Virus record (IMG/VR): IMGVR_UViG_3300025853_008930
Location: 16,706 to 80,705 of that record
Strand: one strand, 5' to 3'
Length of the DNA stretch: 64,000 nucleotides
Source: a virus
The notes under the pieces are model-generated. The model saw only the letters and a program-made list of their open reading frames with translations. It was not told the DNA's origin and ran no database searches. The position numbers were made by a program, and so were the translations under genes. Below, piece after piece: positions 1 to 10,497 of this stretch; positions within the stretch are counted from its first letter, which is position 1, and each line of letters starts with the position of its first letter.

Positions 1-813
1 ATTTGTAAACTTACCCATTTTACTCATTTCAATAGACTTATCTCTTGCTTCTTCTAATAGTTTAATTTGTTCTTCTGCCGCTTCTCTTATTTTAGTAAAT
101 TCATCTTCGGTAATTTTTCCTTTCGCCATTTGACGACCTGCATCTCTAACTCTTTTCTTTTCTTCTCCTATTGCTACACCGAACCCTTTACTTACATTAC
201 CTATTCTTTTAGTTTCTTCAAAGCCCGATTTTATTTTGCCAAATATATTAAAATCGCCTTTTTTCATTTTCATTATTTTAGGAAAAGACAACAAACCTCT
301 AACCATCTTTTTAAAGATATTATCTATGTTTTCTCCTTCTGCGGAGGTTTTTCTAAATATACCTCCTAAAAATCTAAACGAAGTAGAGATTTTATTTACT
401 AACCTAAACATACCGGGTGGTAAGAAACCATACATCACTTTTCTTGCCAATGCCGCTTCTACGCCAAATATCTTTACTCTTTGATTAGCACTAGATAAAG
501 CCAAGTCAAAGAAATCGAAGGCATTACCTCCTGCATCTCTAAAGGCATCAAATGATTTCTTAGAAATAACTTCAAACTTCTTTATCTCTTGTCCACCTTC
601 TCCTAGTAGTTTAAATGCTTCTTTGAGAACTTCCTCTCTTGTAACTAACTCTTTATTCAAGGCTTCTTCTGCTTTTGCGGCTTTTTTAGTTTGTTCAGTA
701 AATGTTTTTTGTTGCCGATTAAATCCTTCTAATCCGTCAGCAACTTTATTTAATGTTTTTCGCATAGCCTCCAACATATCGTTGTTTTTTTGTAATGTTG
801 CAGTATATGACAC
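1..813 (-). CDS. Tail tape measure protein, N-terminal part (runs off the window)
   Basis: Hand-translated open frame from GTG at 813 (GGTGA SD upstream) to base 1: VSYTATLQKNNDMLEAMRK..., helical; directly follows the tail chaperone frameshift pair. Confidence 0.7.
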   Translation of the reverse strand, partial: MSYTATLQKNNDMLEAMRKTLNKVADGLEGFNRQQKTFTEQTKKAAKAEEALNKELVTREEVLKEAFKLLGEGGQEIKKFEVISKKSFDAFRDAGGNAFDFFDLALSSANQRVKIFGVEAALARKVMYGFLPPGMFRLVNKISTSFRFLGGIFRKTSAEGENIDNIFKKMVRGLLSFPKIMKMKKGDFNIFGKIKSGFEETKRIGNVSKGFGVAIGEEKKRVRDAGRQMAKGKITEDEFTKIREAAEEQIKLLEEARDKSIEMSKMGKFTN

Positions 814-820
814 TATCACA

Positions 821-1060
821 TCACCTGAACCTGTTTACTCCACTCTTTGCTTGCCTATCTAGTTTATCCATCTCTTCTTGTTCTAATTCCAACATTACTC
901 TATGAACACTTAATAAATCTATTACTAAACTTGCGGGCATTTTGTATATTTCTAGCGGGCTTATCGCTAAAGCCTTTGATAACGAATAAACAATCACTAA
1001 GGAAATATCTTGAGGGTCGCCTTGCTTACCTCTTAATATTCCCTTTATTCTTCGTTTTTT
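821..1060 (-). CDS. -1 frameshift extension of the tail assembly chaperone (lambda gpGT-like)
   Basis: Slippery heptamer A AAA AAC at 1060-1054 in frame near the end of 1045..1419; the -1 frame stays open (KRRIKGILRGKQGDPQDISLVIVYSLSKALAISPLEIYKMP...) to TGA at 823-821. Confidence 0.75.
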   Translation of the reverse strand, partial: KKRRIKGILRGKQGDPQDISLVIVYSLSKALAISPLEIYKMPASLVIDLLSVHRVMLELEQEEMDKLDRQAKSGVNRFR

Positions 1061-1419
1061 TCTTCATCCCCCTCAAAAGCCGTAAATGGATTAGGGAGGA
1101 TTTCCTTAATTTGATTTCCAATATAAGGAGTTAATCTAAGAATATCAATTGCAGAAAGTTTTGGTTCTGTTTTAACTACAAAATTTTCTACCATAAATCT
1201 AAACATGGCATTTAAATCTAATTCCATGTCTTGCCTTCTAGTATCTATTTTCATCATACTATTCATGGCTTTGTCTACCTCAAGCCAAGTGGGTTCTTTT
1301 ACCCATACCTTGAGATATTCTTCACTTTCGGGTGCTACTTTAATATAATGTAGCGTAGGCTCGGTTAGTGCAAATAGCACACTCTTATCACTTACAATTT
1401 TCTTTTCCATGTTATCCAC
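1045..1419 (-). CDS. Tail assembly chaperone (gpG-like)
   Basis: Lies between tail tube and tape measure; slippery site at its 3' end. Confidence 0.7.
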   Translation of the reverse strand: MDNMEKKIVSDKSVLFALTEPTLHYIKVAPESEEYLKVWVKEPTWLEVDKAMNSMMKIDTRRQDMELDLNAMFRFMVENFVVKTEPKLSAIDILRLTPYIGNQIKEILPNPFTAFEGDEEKNEE

Positions 1420-1566
1420 CTTTTATACCAACAAACAAACAAACGGTGTTGGTGGAATATTACTTTTTATTGCTCTTTTTTGGGCGACCTCTTTTTTTGG
1501 GTTTGCTCTTTTCAAGAGCCTTCTTTATTTTCTCTTGGTTCTTTTCATATGCTGATGGCAAACAAA

Positions 1567-3576
1567 TCACCCCTGTAATAGCCAATGAGTAGTTACTTCA
1601 CAAAGCGAGCAAGTTCTAGGCATGACAGTTGCTTCTACAACAATTGGCCCCTTATCTTCGGCTATTGGGAAATTATTAGCAGTTAAGAAGTAGTTTTGGA
1701 AGTTTAGTTTTATGTTTTCTCCGGTTGATTTAGTAAATACTAATTCAATTGTGCTATTATTACCATTAGCAACAGAATTTTCTGTATTGTTTATTAATTC
1801 ATTATACAGTAAATCATCAGTAACATGACCAGTAAAAGATATTTCATATGTTCTTTGTGCAGGGATGGCTTCTTGTATAGTCTTACTACCGACTCCCAAG
1901 AATCTTCTATCTTGTAGATTGTTATTCATGGTTAGAGTAAGGGTATTTATTTTTAAGAAACTCTCACCAAAGCACTTGAACACTCCATCGGAAAAGAAAA
2001 ATGGTTCTCTTAGTTCCGGTATTGAAGCATAATTCAAGAATGAAGTTTCATCAGTAATGCCTCTTCTAGCATCATAACTTTCTGTTTTTTCTAATGTGTG
2101 AACATTTCTAGTGTTTGCATTGACAGTCATTTTAACTTCTTCATTTTCATTAGCAGTTATTGTTAGAGTATTAACTCTACAGCCTCTAGCAATCTTAACG
2201 AAGTTGGTGTCTTCATTATCGTTATCAGTATTTGTTCTAAAGGTGTTAGAAGAAGGTAACTTGCTTAATACCTGTTCTAAAGCAAATGAAGGTAGTAAAT
2301 CTCCATCTTGTTCTGCAAAGGTATATTCAATGGCATTTTGTAACTTGCCTCCATTCAAAGAAAAAGCACCCAATGGGTCTAAGTCTCCAAATGTTTCTGT
2401 TGCAGGATTTACCGGAGGAGTCATAACTGTTCCTACGCTTCTGTGAATAATTGGCCCTGTTTCGGTTACTGAATTATAATCAATGTAAAGTTTGTTAGAA
2501 GCACCTACGAAGGCTGTTGGGGCTGAACCACTAGGCGCACTTTCGCTAAGGCTATTATCAGCACCTATGTTTCCAATATCTACATCTGTGCATTTTCCTA
2601 AGAAATAATACAACCATGTTCCGTGATTTGCTACTAAATTAATATCAGCCGCACCTGCTGTTTCTATTCCTTTGTATTGATAAGTAAAGTTTCTAGTGCT
2701 TCCTAGTGAAAGATTAGTTTGTTTCATTTCGATTTCTGTTGTTGGGAAAGTAAGTGATTCTACAATTCCTAGCCATGTATCTGCTAGTAGTCTTTTACCA
2801 GTAGCGGTTGAAGTAGTTGTTCCTACGGTCATTGATGTAATTGAAAGTCCTGTATCTGTTGTGGCTGAACCTCCTAATCCTGTAATTGTTGTAGCAATTC
2901 CGTTTGCCCCTCCGTGGTCATTAGTAACAGTAACAACAGCCCCGTTTCTAGTGACTGTTAAATCATCTAAAGTATCTACAGCAATAGCAAAAATAGCGGC
3001 ATATTCTTCTCTTGTATTGTCCGACGAAGAATGTATTTGTGCTTCTGCAACAACACCGGAACCAGTATGTTGAGTATATGTTGCGCTATTATCATGGTCA
3101 ATAAAAGCGGCTCTTTCTGTAGCACTACCGCCATCAGCCGCCAATGTTCTAAATACAACAGCAGTATCGTCATAATCTGCTTTAACATCCGAATTAAAAG
3201 TTATAACAGTTACAGCCGCAGTATGTGTTGTTCCCGAAGCCGCTTTTTCAGCAGGACATGGTGCGCCATATGATTCTAAAACAAAGTAGTCATTGCTTGC
3301 TAGTGTTGCTACTGCGGGAGAAAAGGAGATAGTAGTATCTGTATTAGCGGTAACTCTATGCATTCCTTGAAAAACATTAGAAACATTATACCTCTTAAGA
3401 ATACACCCAACATATAGATTATTTACTAAAGCAAAATTTCCGGTTATATCACCGTGTAAGGTAAAGGTTGTTTTATTTGACCCTGCGCTTCCAGTTGTTA
3501 TTTTACAATAAAAGTCCAATTCCGGCACTTTTGTTATGCTTGCTCCACTTCCTAAAAATATATCTTGTGCTACCAT
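1567..3576 (-). CDS. Major tail (tube) protein with extra N-terminal beta-rich domains
   Basis: 669 aa, Thr/Gly/Ser-rich; C-terminal part resembles tail tube proteins (LTLTMNNNL, RTYEISFTG); synteny. Confidence 0.65.
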   Translation of the reverse strand: MVAQDIFLGSGASITKVPELDFYCKITTGSAGSNKTTFTLHGDITGNFALVNNLYVGCILKRYNVSNVFQGMHRVTANTDTTISFSPAVATLASNDYFVLESYGAPCPAEKAASGTTHTAAVTVITFNSDVKADYDDTAVVFRTLAADGGSATERAAFIDHDNSATYTQHTGSGVVAEAQIHSSSDNTREEYAAIFAIAVDTLDDLTVTRNGAVVTVTNDHGGANGIATTITGLGGSATTDTGLSITSMTVGTTTSTATGKRLLADTWLGIVESLTFPTTEIEMKQTNLSLGSTRNFTYQYKGIETAGAADINLVANHGTWLYYFLGKCTDVDIGNIGADNSLSESAPSGSAPTAFVGASNKLYIDYNSVTETGPIIHRSVGTVMTPPVNPATETFGDLDPLGAFSLNGGKLQNAIEYTFAEQDGDLLPSFALEQVLSKLPSSNTFRTNTDNDNEDTNFVKIARGCRVNTLTITANENEEVKMTVNANTRNVHTLEKTESYDARRGITDETSFLNYASIPELREPFFFSDGVFKCFGESFLKINTLTLTMNNNLQDRRFLGVGSKTIQEAIPAQRTYEISFTGHVTDDLLYNELINNTENSVANGNNSTIELVFTKSTGENIKLNFQNYFLTANNFPIAEDKGPIVVEATVMPRTCSLCEVTTHWLLQG

Positions 3577-3605
3577 TTTATTCTCCCCCTTTCCTAACTA
3601 ACATA

Positions 3606-4115
3606 CTAGGGAATGCTTAATGCGAATCGTTTTGCCTCTACTGTCAATTTATATCCGAATAACCTCTTTGACCTGTCGTTACTTTCGCTTCTTGAACCAA
3701 CAAATATTTGATTAAACCTAGAACCATCATTTGCGGTGTAACCTTTACGACCTCGCTCAAGCGTATGACGGGCTATCAAGTATAAAGCCTTTAGCCTATC
3801 TTTGCCAAAGTTAGCATCCGTTCCTGCTCTTTCATCATGAATGGTTCTTATGTGCATTGTAAAAGAATAAGTTTCATTTCTTACATCATAATGTATTGTT
3901 GGGTATTCTAAACTTTGCGAATCTTCAAAGAATATAATTACATCTTTAGCAGTTAAGTCATATCTAACTCCTCTATTTTTATCTAATGTTCTAACATCAA
4001 CAAAGTTAGGAGTTCCTGCATGGTCAGCAGTTATCTTCCCTTCGCTAATTAAAGTAGTAACAGAAGAACTCCAATTAGAAGAAACTAAATCTATAAGTAA
4101 ACTTACTTCATCCAT
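3606..4115 (-). CDS. Putative tail completion/terminator protein
   Basis: Size, beta-strand pattern, position upstream of tail tube. Confidence 0.5.
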   Translation of the reverse strand: MDEVSLLIDLVSSNWSSSVTTLISEGKITADHAGTPNFVDVRTLDKNRGVRYDLTAKDVIIFFEDSQSLEYPTIHYDVRNETYSFTMHIRTIHDERAGTDANFGKDRLKALYLIARHTLERGRKGYTANDGSRFNQIFVGSRSESNDRSKRLFGYKLTVEAKRFALSIP

Positions 4116-4312
4116 CTTTTCATCATCCTTTCAGTTTCTTTATTTATGTATTCTTCTAATTTTTCTTCTGCGAATTGTATTATTTCTTCATCACTAAAAC
4201 TAACATCAACGCCTAATATTTCTGATAGTTCCCTTGTAGCCTGTTGTCTTTCTTTTTGTATTTCTATTAGTTCTTGCATTTTAGAAATCAAATTGACAGA
4301 CAAGATAATCAC
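4103..4312 (-). CDS. Hypothetical protein
   Basis: Short ORF coupled to both neighbours. Confidence 0.5.
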   Translation of the reverse strand: MIILSVNLISKMQELIEIQKERQQATRELSEILGVDVSFSDEEIIQFAEEKLEEYINKETERMMKRWMK

Positions 4313-5427
4313 TCCAAAAGATAAACCAAGTCACCCTTTCCTCTCAGTATATCCATTGCCTCTTTAGTTAGAATATCATATTTTTCTTTTGTAGATATAT
4401 TGCCGCCAGTTTCAGCAATCATAATTGTTTGGTCATCATGTCGTAATAATTCAGCCGCCACTAACATCGTCGTGGCTTTGTGTATAGCCGATGGCACACG
4501 GCTTGAACCCGCAACATATGTAATAATGATAGAGTTTTGAGTATGATATGGATAGTCCCTCAAAAAGAATATTCTACCATCATCCTTGATGCTCCAAAAA
4601 CTACCTAGTCTTTTCATGTCCTGTTTATCAGTAAATACTTCCGAAGTGGACTGTGAGTTCTGCCCTGCTTTATCCGCAAGTGTTATTGTGCATCCCGAAC
4701 CATCTTCTCCTGCTAATAAACTTGAGATATTAATTTTATATCCGTTATCGGGGTCAATCGAAGCATAAAAGAAGTCACTTATGCTTAAATTGTTTGGAGA
4801 AGAAGACCTCTCTTTTTCTCTATTCGCCCCTGTAAATTGTGCAGTATTAGCAGGGAACTCTTCATTGATTAAATGACAAATATCTCTTGCTGTTGTCTTT
4901 GCGCCAAATCTACTATCGAATGTATTGTGTGCTGACATAGACCCTTCTGCATGGTGAAATAAAGTAAAAGTATCTCCGCCATTTGGTAATTGTAGTGTTA
5001 TGCTTCTAAGGTGTTGAAAGTTGTCGGGATTTAGTGTAATGCTTGCTTGGGCTGATGCTAACTCAAGATAACTGTTGCCTTGCCAAACTTTGAGAGATAT
5101 AACTTTCTTTAGTTTCATAGTTGCCAATTGTATAAACCCAACATAACCGCCATAATATGCTTGCATTGGATGTCTCACAAATTCAAAATCGTGAAATTCA
5201 TCTTTGTGTATGATAGGTCTGTATGACCGCTTTACTTTGTCATCAACAATACCTTCTATGTTTTTAATTATCTTACCGACCTGTGCTTGGCTAGGATATG
5301 TAGAAGATGAAAAGGCAGGAACTTGTAGCATATCCGAGACAGCATCTTTGTCTGTGTAATATCCTTTTCCTGTTGCATAGTCTACATCAATAGATGTGTA
5401 GTCACTTGGTGATGATGCTATTGCCAT
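4309..5427 (-). CDS. Putative head-tail adaptor (neck) protein with an inserted domain
   Basis: N-terminal YYTDKDAV and C-terminal ITYVAG..VPSAIHKATTMLVA resemble gp6/gp15-type adaptors. Confidence 0.55.
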   Translation of the reverse strand: MAIASSPSDYTSIDVDYATGKGYYTDKDAVSDMLQVPAFSSSTYPSQAQVGKIIKNIEGIVDDKVKRSYRPIIHKDEFHDFEFVRHPMQAYYGGYVGFIQLATMKLKKVISLKVWQGNSYLELASAQASITLNPDNFQHLRSITLQLPNGGDTFTLFHHAEGSMSAHNTFDSRFGAKTTARDICHLINEEFPANTAQFTGANREKERSSSPNNLSISDFFYASIDPDNGYKINISSLLAGEDGSGCTITLADKAGQNSQSTSEVFTDKQDMKRLGSFWSIKDDGRIFFLRDYPYHTQNSIIITYVAGSSRVPSAIHKATTMLVAAELLRHDDQTIMIAETGGNISTKEKYDILTKEAMDILRGKGDLVYLLE

Positions 5428-5431
5428 TGTA

Positions 5432-7411
5432 TCAAACCTCTCTTTCTAATATATTTAGTTCTTCTTTGATGTCAAATATAAAATCTCTTGCCTTTCTTGT
5501 TGATTCTAAATCGGGTTGAGAATCTTTCTTATATGCCATTTGTAATTTTCTTAAGTTCACATTTTTATATTTTATAGTGCTAGGTTGTCCGTTAAACTTA
5601 CCTAAAGAGTATGTATAACTAGTTGAAGTTTCTCCATCGGAATCTTTTGCAGTAAAGGCGAATCTATCAATAACTAGTCTAAAGTCCATAACTTTAGTAA
5701 CATCTCCTATGGTTTCACCAAAGTATTCTTTGTCTAATACTTTATTTGGGCTATTGTATAATACTTCTAACATTTCACTAGTTTCAGTTTCTTCTGCATC
5801 CCTAGCAGGTAAACCCTTATCGCTTTCTTTTATTCTCTTATCAATATATCTTCTTTTATTAGCCAAATAATTTTTAAATATTGGCTTCAAAAGATTTCCG
5901 CTATCTTTACCTTTACCTAACTCAATTTCATATCTACTTTTATCGAAATCCGGCAACAACAATAGATGCTTTGCTTTTAACGGGTTATTCTTTGGATTGT
6001 TATGTCCTATAACTCTCATTTGACTCAACATATCTCTATGTGTTGTAACAGTGTCGGCCACATTACCAAAACCTTTACCGCCTATTTTTACTTCACTAAG
6101 AACTCTTTTTAAGTCGGCTATTGTGCCATCTTCAATAGGTTCATCAACAATCTCTTTTAAAAAATCCTTAACGAAACCTTGTGTTTTTTCTTTTTCTTTT
6201 TCGGTAGTTTCTTCTATTATTTTCTCTTCTTTTTCTCTAAAGTCTTTCTCTTCTTCGGGGCTTTCGAGTCTATCAAACATTGCATCTACTTCTTCTTCCG
6301 TAGCATCTTTAATGTATGATTCAATATCTCTCAATGCAGGGTTTCTTTCTAAAAGCAATTCTCTTAAACTATCAATATACTCATCGAATACAGGCTTAAG
6401 TTTATCTGTTTCTCTTTTAAGTTTAGAATATTCTAATGCCGCTTTTTTTCCTTCTTTCGTGTCTTCGTATTGTTTTCCAAATATTATTTCTAAACTATCT
6501 GCCGCAGTTTTTTGTTCTCTACCTGTTGTTGTGGCTATGGGTATAACTTGTTCTCTATAAAGAGGGCTACTTTCCAAAGATAACTTTTCCTCATCTCCGC
6601 CCCCAATAGTCATTTTAGTTTCTTGTTGGATTTTTTTACTTGTTATAATGTTAGGAAGTAATATATTCCTTAAGTCTTTTTCTTCTCTAACAAAACCTGC
6701 TGTGATTAATGCCGACGCTTTTGGATAATACTGTTGATAAGTTACCCTTTTTCCGTCTTCTTCTACCTCAACATCTTTTGTTAAATTGTCTACATAGGCA
6801 TCATTACTTAATTCATTAAATGTAATGATTTTGGTTTCTTTGTTTTTGTTTCTGTGAGACTTCTTTTCAACATTGAAAATGCTATTGCCACTAGAATCTT
6901 TATATTTTTTAAGTTCGTCTAACTCACTTTTAGTCAAACCCTGTCTAATCTTAGATTGACTTTCTTTTGTTGCTTTGGTATCTCTAAAAACACTTGCTAG
7001 TTTTTGACTTGTTAAATCTTTTAATTTTATTTGTGCGAGTTCCTTTCCGATTTCATTAGTTTTTAAAAAATCTTCAATGTCGTCTTTTAGACGCAGTTGA
7101 AACCTATCGTCATCTATTATACCTTTTGAAACCACATTTCCCTTTTTGTTTAATTGACTTAAAAGCGATTTGTTCTTTAATGCTGACAATGCTTTTTTAT
7201 AAACAGTTATGAATTTAGTTTCATCATATGCTTCAGCACCAAAGTTCTTTTCTTTTACATCATCGGGGTCTACTCTTTCAGCGTAATCTTCTGTTCCTTT
7301 TCCGGTAGAACCTTCCGCTAAATAATCAAACAAAATGAACTCGGCAAATCTTTGAGTTGCTATAGGTTGAGTCCAAGATAAAGGACTACCTTTAGCATCT
7401 TTTATTCTCAA
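5432..7411 (-). CDS. Large K/E-rich hypothetical protein (possible virion internal protein)
   Basis: 659 aa ORF within the structural operon. Confidence 0.5.
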   Translation of the reverse strand: MRIKDAKGSPLSWTQPIATQRFAEFILFDYLAEGSTGKGTEDYAERVDPDDVKEKNFGAEAYDETKFITVYKKALSALKNKSLLSQLNKKGNVVSKGIIDDDRFQLRLKDDIEDFLKTNEIGKELAQIKLKDLTSQKLASVFRDTKATKESQSKIRQGLTKSELDELKKYKDSSGNSIFNVEKKSHRNKNKETKIITFNELSNDAYVDNLTKDVEVEEDGKRVTYQQYYPKASALITAGFVREEKDLRNILLPNIITSKKIQQETKMTIGGGDEEKLSLESSPLYREQVIPIATTTGREQKTAADSLEIIFGKQYEDTKEGKKAALEYSKLKRETDKLKPVFDEYIDSLRELLLERNPALRDIESYIKDATEEEVDAMFDRLESPEEEKDFREKEEKIIEETTEKEKEKTQGFVKDFLKEIVDEPIEDGTIADLKRVLSEVKIGGKGFGNVADTVTTHRDMLSQMRVIGHNNPKNNPLKAKHLLLLPDFDKSRYEIELGKGKDSGNLLKPIFKNYLANKRRYIDKRIKESDKGLPARDAEETETSEMLEVLYNSPNKVLDKEYFGETIGDVTKVMDFRLVIDRFAFTAKDSDGETSTSYTYSLGKFNGQPSTIKYKNVNLRKLQMAYKKDSQPDLESTRKARDFIFDIKEELNILEREV

Positions 7412-7423
7412 AAAGAATCACCC

Positions 7424-8107
7424 TCACATTAACCATTTAGCCCAAGCCGCACCCTTTTGTATAGCACTACCTAAACCTAATCCGCTTTGTGGAGGTTCGT
7501 AACTCATCTGTCCTTGAGCATCTATCCAATATGGCCTTCCATAATTATCAGTTCCCGATGGTGGAATAGGATAGCCACTACCATTATTCATAGCACCTTG
7601 CATTTGATTATATTGTTGCATGTTACCTGTTAATCCTGCTACTGCGGAAGCGGCTGTTGGTTGTGCCATTTGTTGCATTTGCATACCACCGCCACCACTA
7701 AATCCTTGAGATTCTAGGTATTGTTGCTTTGCTAACTTTCTTTGATTGACAACTTCTGTATTGATTGCCGCATCTAATATGTTCTTAATATCTAACTCAA
7801 TGTTTTCTTGAGTAATCTTTTCAAATTCTCTCATTGCATCATTGTGTATCTTTAACATACCTGTTGTAGAATCAGTTGTAAATTGTAACTTAGCCAACAT
7901 CTTGCTAACTACTCTTTCTACAACATCTTCCATAAGTTTCTCCATCTGTGTCAAAAACATTTGACCATGATATTGAAAGAACTCTTCGACATGATTATCT
8001 TGTAAAGAAAGTAAGTTATTTACATTCTTGAATTGTTGGTCACTTTGTTGCTGAACTGCACCTAAAACTGTGCCATTACTTGTTCCGAATATTCCCATGT
8101 TACTCAC
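7424..8107 (-). CDS. Helical Gln/Gly-rich protein with a C-terminal amphipathic helix
   Basis: Ends GSAIQKGAAWAKWLM; coupled to the upstream genes. Confidence 0.55.
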   Translation of the reverse strand: MSNMGIFGTSNGTVLGAVQQQSDQQFKNVNNLLSLQDNHVEEFFQYHGQMFLTQMEKLMEDVVERVVSKMLAKLQFTTDSTTGMLKIHNDAMREFEKITQENIELDIKNILDAAINTEVVNQRKLAKQQYLESQGFSGGGGMQMQQMAQPTAASAVAGLTGNMQQYNQMQGAMNNGSGYPIPPSGTDNYGRPYWIDAQGQMSYEPPQSGLGLGSAIQKGAAWAKWLM

Positions 8108-8732
8108 CCTTCGCTCCCTTTAATAAATGATTTATCCTTTCTGTATTTAATTGTATTTCAGTATTCAATCTTACTATTTCTGCCAGTTGTGTTTCTTCGT
8201 CTGCTATTGGAGTTGGTGGCGTTATAGTCCATCCCATGCTAGTCAGCCTCATAACATCTTCTTTTGTTAAGTCAGTTATTTGTTGTCTTTTCAACATAGA
8301 GGGCATTTTCGCTTTAGGAATAAATGCCTTGAAATCTAATCCGTGTTCATCTGCTAATATTTGTTGTTGTAGCATTTCCATTTGCTTATGGATAGCCGCA
8401 TGTCTAGGACAATAAGTTCCTCTAAGTGGTCTTCCTTTCTCTACTTTATCTAATGGTATTGGTGGTCTTAGATAATCACCGGACTCCCAAACATGGTGAG
8501 TTCCGCATACTACACATCTATCTTTAAAGTTAAACTTGTGACCATATCTTAAGAAAAGAATTTTTTTCTTTTCCGGCAACAATACTTTTCTTATTTCTTT
8601 CATTTGCTTCTTTGGCTTTAGCGCATCAAACTTATAATCTTCAATTGGCCCAATTGCTCTATACTGTTGTAGTTTAGGCAAAAAAGCGTTCTTTGCTTGT
8701 TGCGTGTTTATCAAATTCGGTTGCTGATACAT
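8100..8732 (-). CDS. Zn-finger protein
   Basis: CVVC...CPRH motif; C-terminal coiled coil. Confidence 0.55.
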   Translation of the reverse strand: MYQQPNLINTQQAKNAFLPKLQQYRAIGPIEDYKFDALKPKKQMKEIRKVLLPEKKKILFLRYGHKFNFKDRCVVCGTHHVWESGDYLRPPIPLDKVEKGRPLRGTYCPRHAAIHKQMEMLQQQILADEHGLDFKAFIPKAKMPSMLKRQQITDLTKEDVMRLTSMGWTITPPTPIADEETQLAEIVRLNTEIQLNTERINHLLKGAKGE

Positions 8733-8735
8733 CTT

Positions 8736-9311
8736 TCATTCCTCTAAATTCTTTCTCCAATTCTTCGATTCTCTTACTTCTTCTACTTGTTCGGGTGTAA
8801 GATACATAGCAGGGTGAATATTTGCTCCCATCATACCGAATCTTTCAATTATTTCTTTTTGCTTTTCATTAACAAATTGCTTTACTTGTGGATTTTCTTC
8901 AAAGACATATATTTCAATATGAGAGGGGTCGCCATATTGACCTAAAGCATGAAAATAAATAACATCTGTAGGAAGATTAAATAAATAATCTTCCCCTAAT
9001 CTTTCTTTATCTTGTTCATCAATACCATAATATGTAATTGCATCAACTTGATTATCTATTGCCCCTCCCCCAATATCTTCTCCTCCAAAATCACCATCTA
9101 TTAAATCTCTCAATATCATATCTTTAGCAATATTGACTGAATATTCTTTTGACATATAAATAATCATACGCTGAGAATCCGAAAATACCTTACTGTCTTT
9201 CCCGTATATTCTTTTAAGTTCATCTAATATTTCTTTGGTTAAATCACCAAGATATTTTTGAGCCGAAGCCCTATCCATTCTTTTTAATATATTGAACCAC
9301 ATAATAATCAA
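8736..9311 (-). CDS. Hypothetical protein with W-tag (MWFNILKR)
   Basis: ORF track; N-terminal motif shared with many ORFs. Confidence 0.6.
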   Translation of the reverse strand: MIIMWFNILKRMDRASAQKYLGDLTKEILDELKRIYGKDSKVFSDSQRMIIYMSKEYSVNIAKDMILRDLIDGDFGGEDIGGGAIDNQVDAITYYGIDEQDKERLGEDYLFNLPTDVIYFHALGQYGDPSHIEIYVFEENPQVKQFVNEKQKEIIERFGMMGANIHPAMYLTPEQVEEVRESKNWRKNLEE

Positions 9312-9979
9312 TAATCCTTTATCATACTAGTTATTCCTTTATACACCATTTCGGGGTCGGACTTTGCTGATACTATGTATTTGAAACAAGGTATGCCCTT
9401 GTCATTCAACTGCCTCATCCCGTATGTAAATGGTTCAAATATTTCATGTTTATCTATGGGCTTATCGCTTTTATATTTCTCTCCCCACATATCATATTTG
9501 TTAGCCCATATTCCGACAGCCATAGGATAATCCACTTCTTTTTTCTTTTTACCCGAAGGCCACCTATCTGCTACAATGGTATCTACTAAAAACTTCCATG
9601 CTAATTGATGGTCTAAATTAGAAGGTGAATCTAAATGTCTATGGTCTATCATGAAAATAATATACTTTACTCTACGCTTCTGCATATCTTTAACCCATTC
9701 TTTCCAATAGATTGCTTCGCCTCCTAAGTCAGCACTTTTAATTGTATGAGAATTTCCATCAATCTTAACATTCTTTCTAGTGGCTCTATGTAAGCCAACC
9801 GTTCTTTCGCTTATTGTAGGAACTTCCCCCCTTGTTCTAAGTTGGTGGCTTAAGGTTGTTTTACCAACCATTGTAGAACCGTAAACTCCAAAGTTAATTG
9901 CATGAACTTTTTTGTAAAAACCTATTATGGCTTCACCAACAAGAATAGCAAAGCCTGTCATTATGGACATTTTATTCAC
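9308..9979 (-). CDS. Ras-superfamily (Arf/Sar-like) small GTPase
   Basis: G1 GSTMVGKT, G2 T (ERTVG), G3 DLGG, G4 NKYD, G5 SAK; hydrophobic N-terminal helix. Confidence 0.85.
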   Translation of the reverse strand: MNKMSIMTGFAILVGEAIIGFYKKVHAINFGVYGSTMVGKTTLSHQLRTRGEVPTISERTVGLHRATRKNVKIDGNSHTIKSADLGGEAIYWKEWVKDMQKRRVKYIIFMIDHRHLDSPSNLDHQLAWKFLVDTIVADRWPSGKKKKEVDYPMAVGIWANKYDMWGEKYKSDKPIDKHEIFEPFTYGMRQLNDKGIPCFKYIVSAKSDPEMVYKGITSMIKDY

Positions 9980-10497
9980 CCAAAATATTTTTCTAACATT
10001 TTTTTCATATGCTCTTTTGTTTCCATTACATCTTCATCTAGCGATAGTTCCATCCCTGCCGCACTTCTAAAATACCCTGTAATTTTAGGATAGTCATATT
10101 CTGTTGCATCATCTATTAAATTCATTAACTCCGTCGCTTTCTTTTTTACTACTTTGTCGGGTAGATATTTATATTCTATATCTTCGTCGTGAGAAATACC
10201 TCTAGGCATTCCCATTTCTTTTTTGTTTCTTATGTTTCTATTAACAGTGTATTCTCCATCGCCTTCTAGCCATTTTTCTTTATTTGTTTTCAAGGCTTGC
10301 TTTATCATGGGTTTTCCTTCATCTTTTATTGAATAAATTTTAGAACCAAAAAAAGCATAAATTAATGCTTCATCTAAAGAAGGAGTCCAATATCGAGTAT
10401 CTTCTTTTCCCTGTGTTCCTTGAAACAACTTACTGTAAGCATTAACATAATCTTTTGATTGTATTTTGTAAGGTGCTTTTAAAATATTTTTCCACAT
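9976..10497 (-). CDS. W-tag protein, possible ADP-ribosyltransferase-like fold
   Basis: Starts MWKNILKA; LFQGT...YWTPSLDEALIYA resembles the ART HGT/YxT/A..YA pattern. Confidence 0.35.
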   Translation of the reverse strand: MWKNILKAPYKIQSKDYVNAYSKLFQGTQGKEDTRYWTPSLDEALIYAFFGSKIYSIKDEGKPMIKQALKTNKEKWLEGDGEYTVNRNIRNKKEMGMPRGISHDEDIEYKYLPDKVVKKKATELMNLIDDATEYDYPKITGYFRSAAGMELSLDEDVMETKEHMKKMLEKYFG

